From an uncultured Acidobacteriota bacterium (GTDB lineage Bacteria; Acidobacteriota; UBA6911; RPQK01; JAPXNP01), in assembly GCA_963777605.1 (NCBI GenBank), contig CAVZRV010000008.1, positions 320,001 to 384,000 on the forward strand: a stretch of DNA of 64,000 nt. Reading direction: 5' to 3'. Shown piece by piece: positions 59,664-64,000 of the stretch; position 1 is the stretch's first letter; every line of letters begins with the position of its first letter. The notes beneath the pieces are model-generated. The model did no database searches. It had not been told where the DNA came from and worked only from the letters and a program-made list of their open reading frames with translations. The translations under genes and the position numbers were made by a program.

Positions 59664-62267
59664 GTGGCTCGCCTTTTCTTAGTCGATGGAATGTCCCATG
59701 TTTACCGCGCCTACCATGCCATTAAGGGCCTGACCAACCGGCAGGGTCTTTCCACGAATGCGGTTTACGGGTTCACGGTGATGCTGCGCAAGCTGATCCA
59801 GGATGAAGAGCCCGAGTACCTCGCGGTTGCTTTCGACCCGAGAGGTCCGACGGTCCGTCACGAGCAGTTTGCTGAGTACAAGGCGACGCGGGCCCGCATG
59901 CCGGCCGACCTCGCCGAGCAGCTCCCTTACATCCACCGTCTCTGTGATGCGCTGAAGGTCCCAACGATTACCGTCGAGGGCTACGAAGCCGATGACGTCA
60001 TCGGAACCTTGACCCGAAGGGCCCGGGAGAAGGATCTCGACGTCGTAATCGTTTCGATCGACAAGGACCTTCTTCAGCTTGTGGATGAACGGGTTTCCGT
60101 TCTCGACACCCGGAACAACACCCTGTTCACTCCCGAAAAGGTGGCCGAGAAGTGGGGAGTGAGACCGGACCAGCTCGTGGACGTGCTCAGTCTGATCGGA
60201 GACACCTCTGACAACATCCCGGGGGCCCCGGGCATCGGCGAGAAAGGAGCCCGAACCCTGATTTCCGACTTCGGCAGCCTCGACAACCTCCTCGTCCAGA
60301 GCGAACAGGTCAGTCGCAAGAGCTACCGCGAGAGCCTGGGAGAGAACGCCGACCAGATTCGGAGCAGCCGGGAGTTGATTCGCGTCTACACCGACCTTTC
60401 GATCGATCTCGATATCGACCGACTCCAGGTAGGTGAAGCGGACGTTGGCGCGTTGCGGGCATTATTTGAGGACATGGAATTCTCCAGCCTCCTCGAGGAC
60501 CTGCCTCAGGACACCCCCGTACTGGAGCCGAGAGTGCAGCGGGTGAAGTCGGTTTCCGAGCTCGAACGGTCCGCCGCCCGCCTCAAGGAGGCAGCCTTGG
60601 GCATCGCGGTCTGGTACGAAGGGGACAGCCCCCTGAAGGGGGAGATTCAGGGGCTGGCGCTCTATCCCGGCTCCGGAGCGACCCTTTTCCTGGGCGGAGA
60701 ACTGATCCGTGAAGCAAAGGCAGAGATTGAAGCCATCCTTTCCGCGGCGGCGCAGTTGCGGGCGCATGACCTGAAACTTTTCCGGCTCGCAGCTCGACGT
60801 GCGTCCTGGGCGGTCGAACTCCCGGAGAGCCTGGATACGATGTTGATGGCCTATCTCCTGGAGCCGAATCAGCGGGACTTCTCGCTGGAAAAGATCGCGG
60901 GTGACTACCTCGGCCTCAACCTGAAGAGCCAGGCGACCGGATCCCTGCTCCAGAACGAGAAACCGGTGGACCTGTGCCGCCAGGCAATGGCGGTTTACCG
61001 CCTGGCCGACGACCTGCTGCCCCGCGTCCGTGAGAACGGGCTGGAGGAACTGCTCATGGATGCTGAGATGCCGCTGGTTGCGGTGTTGGCGGACATGGAG
61101 TGGGTCGGCGTTCGGATCGACACCGAACTGCTCGAGGCACAATCCATGGAACTGGAAGGTGAAATTGCCGAATTGACTCGCCAGATTTACGAGGATGCCG
61201 GCGAGGAATTCAATCTCAATTCGCCAAAACAACTGGCCTACATTTTGTTCGAGAAGATGAATCTCCCCAGTTCCCGGAAGACCGGGAAGGCCGGCCACCT
61301 CTCTACCGGGGTTGAGGTACTGGAAGAACTCGCGGGCAGCTTCGATATCGCGCAGCGCATCCTGGATTACCGGGAACTCGCGAAATTGAAGGGGACCTAC
61401 GTCGATGCCCTGCCGAAACTGGTTGACCCCAGAACCGGTCGGATCCATGCCTCCTTCAACCAGATGGTGGCTTCTACGGGGAGACTCTCTTCAAGTAACC
61501 CGAACCTGCAGAATATCCCGATTCGCGGCGAACAGGGCCGACGGATTCGAAAAGCGTTCATTGCCGACGAGGGGCACCTGATCCTGTCGGCCGACTACTC
61601 CCAGATCGAGTTGAGGGTAATGGCCCATCTTTCCGAGGACCCGGTTCTGGTGGAGGCTTTCCAGTCCGGAGAGGACATTCACGAGCGTACCGCCCGCGAG
61701 GTGTTTGGGGAAAGCAGCGGGCTGAGCCGGCAAGAGCAGCGGCGCCGCGCCAAGGTGATCAATTTCGGAATCATGTACGGGTTGAGTGCGTACGGGTTGG
61801 CCAAGAGTCTCAAAATCGACCGGTCTGAGGCCCAGCAGTTCATCGACGACTATTTCGACCGGTACAAGGGAGTCCAGGTCTGGATCGACCGCACTCTGGA
61901 GGAAGCGGAACGAACCGGGTTGGTCAAGACCATGTTCGGGCGAATTCGGCAGGTCCCCGAGATCAAGAGCAAGAATCGGAACATTCGGGAATTCGCCCGG
62001 CGGACCGCTATCAATGCGCCGATCCAGGGTTCGGCCGCCGACCTGATCAAGGTAGCGATGGTGGCGATCCACCAGCGGCTTCGCGATGAGTCCTGGAAGA
62101 GCAAGCTGATCATGCAGGTCCACGATGAACTGGTCTTCGAAGCGGAGTCCGGTGAGGTCGATCGGTTGGCGGCGCTGGTCACTGAGGAGATGGAGGGAGT
62201 GACCGAAATGAAAGTCCCTCTCAAAGTTGATCCGGCGATGGGACCGTCTTGGTTTGACGCCAAGTGA
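59664..62267 (+). CDS. polA: DNA polymerase I
   Basis: 5'-3' exonuclease motifs (EADDVIG, GDTSDNIPG); polymerase motifs TGRLSS, DYSQIELR, AKVINFGIMYG and QVHDEL. Confidence 0.98.
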   Translation: MARLFLVDGMSHVYRAYHAIKGLTNRQGLSTNAVYGFTVMLRKLIQDEEPEYLAVAFDPRGPTVRHEQFAEYKATRARMPADLAEQLPYIHRLCDALKVPTITVEGYEADDVIGTLTRRAREKDLDVVIVSIDKDLLQLVDERVSVLDTRNNTLFTPEKVAEKWGVRPDQLVDVLSLIGDTSDNIPGAPGIGEKGARTLISDFGSLDNLLVQSEQVSRKSYRESLGENADQIRSSRELIRVYTDLSIDLDIDRLQVGEADVGALRALFEDMEFSSLLEDLPQDTPVLEPRVQRVKSVSELERSAARLKEAALGIAVWYEGDSPLKGEIQGLALYPGSGATLFLGGELIREAKAEIEAILSAAAQLRAHDLKLFRLAARRASWAVELPESLDTMLMAYLLEPNQRDFSLEKIAGDYLGLNLKSQATGSLLQNEKPVDLCRQAMAVYRLADDLLPRVRENGLEELLMDAEMPLVAVLADMEWVGVRIDTELLEAQSMELEGEIAELTRQIYEDAGEEFNLNSPKQLAYILFEKMNLPSSRKTGKAGHLSTGVEVLEELAGSFDIAQRILDYRELAKLKGTYVDALPKLVDPRTGRIHASFNQMVASTGRLSSSNPNLQNIPIRGEQGRRIRKAFIADEGHLILSADYSQIELRVMAHLSEDPVLVEAFQSGEDIHERTAREVFGESSGLSRQEQRRRAKVINFGIMYGLSAYGLAKSLKIDRSEAQQFIDDYFDRYKGVQVWIDRTLEEAERTGLVKTMFGRIRQVPEIKSKNRNIREFARRTAINAPIQGSAADLIKVAMVAIHQRLRDESWKSKLIMQVHDELVFEAESGEVDRLAALVTEEMEGVTEMKVPLKVDPAMGPSWFDAK

Positions 62268-62349
62268 ACCGGGTGTAGAATATTTGCTCCTCGAGCTCGG
62301 AGAAGTTACGGAACTTCTAGGGCGGGCCTTCGTTTAAGAAGGTAGCCAT

Positions 62350-62952
62350 ATGGAAATCGTCGCAACATTAAGGAGTGAGGCTGGGCCTGGGGATAATGCG
62401 CTGGTTGCGCGTTACCTGGCGGGAAGTGACGACGCATTCGAGGTGCTCGTCCATCGCTACCAGGACCGCCTGGTCAATTACATCAACGGGATCGTCCGGG
62501 ATTACGACCGATCTGTCGATCTTTGCCAGGATGCGTTCATCCGCGTCTTTCGCAATGCCCATCGTTATGAGGGGAAGTACCAGTTCTCGACCTGGCTCTA
62601 CCGGATTGCTACGAATCTGGCGATTGACGAGTTGAGGCGAAGGGACCGGAAAGGGCGGTTCTTCTTCATGAACGTGCTCGATCTCTTCCAGGCGGACCAG
62701 CGCCCGTTCCCGCTTCCTGATCGACGTCACTGTCCCGAACGGACACTTGACAAGAAAGAAAAGGCGCACTGGCTTCAGCTGGCGATCGATTCCCTCGGAG
62801 AAAAGTATCGCCTTCCGTTTATCCTGAAAGAGGTTCAAGGCCTCTCCTACGAAGAGACGGCCCGGGTCCTCAACATCTCGCTTGGTACCGTAAAGTCCAG
62901 AATTCATCGAGCCAAGATACTGCTTCGCGAAAAGTTGACTGGGGTCCTATGA
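62350..62952 (+). CDS. ECF RNA polymerase sigma factor
   Basis: DLCQDAF, FSTWLYRIATN and GTVKSRIHRA; upstream GGAACT...CGTT ECF-like promoter at 62310-62334. Confidence 0.93.
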   Translation: MEIVATLRSEAGPGDNALVARYLAGSDDAFEVLVHRYQDRLVNYINGIVRDYDRSVDLCQDAFIRVFRNAHRYEGKYQFSTWLYRIATNLAIDELRRRDRKGRFFFMNVLDLFQADQRPFPLPDRRHCPERTLDKKEKAHWLQLAIDSLGEKYRLPFILKEVQGLSYEETARVLNISLGTVKSRIHRAKILLREKLTGVL

Positions 62953-63455
62953 ACTGTGTGGAGATCCAGACCAGCCTGGCCGAGAACCTTGAGGCTCGCT
63001 TCGATCCTCTGATTGCCGTGCACCTGGATGGCTGTGTCCACTGTTCTCGAACCTGTCAAGAGCTTCTCGAACTGGAGGAACTCTCCCGCAGTCTGTCCGG
63101 GCGGTTCAAAGTCCCCTCGAATTTCCGAGACGAAGTTCTGTGCCGATATGAAGAGGACAAACCCTTGCGGCGCTGGCGCATGGTGCTGGGGGTCAGTTGC
63201 GTGGCTCTCCTGGCGGCGCTGGTTGTGTTCTTCAAGCCCTGGGAGGTTAGCGGCTCCGACCGGAGCCCCTCCGCCGTTCCGAGCGCGGTCCATTCCACCA
63301 CTTCAGGGGTACTTCCGGCTGCCGATTCCGGCTTCGTGGAGATCGTGGTCCCCGGCGAGGGAGATGACGAGATGATTGTCCGCCTGCCCACCGTAATAGA
63401 AGTCCGCCGCACTCAACTCCAGGAGGATTTCTATCTCAGTAATGTCAGCCACTAG
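62949..63455 (+). CDS. Zinc-finger membrane anti-sigma factor
   Basis: HLDGCVHC and one TM helix; overlaps the sigma stop codon (ATGA). Confidence 0.85.
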   Translation: MNCVEIQTSLAENLEARFDPLIAVHLDGCVHCSRTCQELLELEELSRSLSGRFKVPSNFRDEVLCRYEEDKPLRRWRMVLGVSCVALLAALVVFFKPWEVSGSDRSPSAVPSAVHSTTSGVLPAADSGFVEIVVPGEGDDEMIVRLPTVIEVRRTQLQEDFYLSNVSH

Positions 63456-63456
63456 G

Positions 63457-64000
63457 ATGCGCCTGGGCCGAGGGTCATTGTTGCTCCTACTGAGCCTGGG
63501 TGTCGGTCTGGACTTTGGAGAGCCGTTCGCTGCCGGTGTCGAGTCCCGGGTGCCGGAGGGCGTGGTCCGCGTCCAGTTCAGGCGCACGCTCCCGGGTGTT
63601 TTTCAGGGAGAGAAGATCATCCCCCAGGCCACTGTTGTCGAAGTGACCGAATACAGTGGGGTGGTGATCGACGCTCGGGGCTACATCGCTTCCTATATCG
63701 GGAGCACCTGGGTTGACATGGGCAATGCTGCTCCCGAAGTCTCCGTTCGACTTCCCGACGGCAAATTCGTTCCGGCACAGTTGGTCGGTATCGACGAACG
63801 GGTTTCGCTGGCCGTTCTCCACGCGGGAGCGGTTTCCGGCCGTTCCGCTGTCCTGGGGCGTGCCTTCGCGAAAGAATCGGTGCAGTTGGCCTACTGGAAT
63901 TCCCCTCAAGTCAGAGAGTCTCCGGAACCCTCTGTCCTCTGGGGGAGCAGCAGAGGATCGCGGGAGAAGCCCGGCGACCCGGGATGCTGGGCGGTTACCG
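63457..64000 (+). CDS. Secreted trypsin-like (HtrA-type) domain protein, 3' truncated by window
   Basis: Signal peptide; SGVVIDARGYI...VRLPDG...AQLVGIDERVSLAVL resembles the HtrA protease domain. Confidence 0.6.
   Translation, partial: MRLGRGSLLLLLSLGVGLDFGEPFAAGVESRVPEGVVRVQFRRTLPGVFQGEKIIPQATVVEVTEYSGVVIDARGYIASYIGSTWVDMGNAAPEVSVRLPDGKFVPAQLVGIDERVSLAVLHAGAVSGRSAVLGRAFAKESVQLAYWNSPQVRESPEPSVLWGSSRGSREKPGDPGCWAVT

Overview
GC-rich bacterial chromosome segment. The gene content (Tat-signal TIM-barrel isomerases, several ECF sigma/zf-HC2 anti-sigma pairs, DUF4097, Gld-like ABC system) suggests Acidobacteria or a similar lineage; this is inference. Ordinary content: the end of a bacterial microcompartment (BMC) locus, glgP, hrpB, tRNA-fMet, a CCA-adding enzyme, a CarH-linked lipid-modification (furan fatty acid-like) cluster, a carbamoyltransferase/SxtJ/SxtK-like trio, rfbBA and polA. 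At least eight genes are split by small indels, which points to long-read consensus errors. The outstanding feature is a 7.3-kb array at 9336-16612. Thirteen copies of a ~58-bp site (AGTTTCA...TGAAACT ends, two internal TCA cores) separate twelve head-to-tail cassettes. Two cassettes are near-identical IS110/IS1111-family DEDD recombinase elements. Three are transposase-free cassettes carrying a diverged paralog of the element's structured non-coding (bridge/seekRNA-like) region. The rest are ~280-370 bp non-coding cassettes loaded with REP-like palindromes. It looks like an integron-like cassette array built by an RNA-guided recombinase. Parts of the array (poly-T tract, one chimeric unit) are low-quality consensus and need read-level confirmation.
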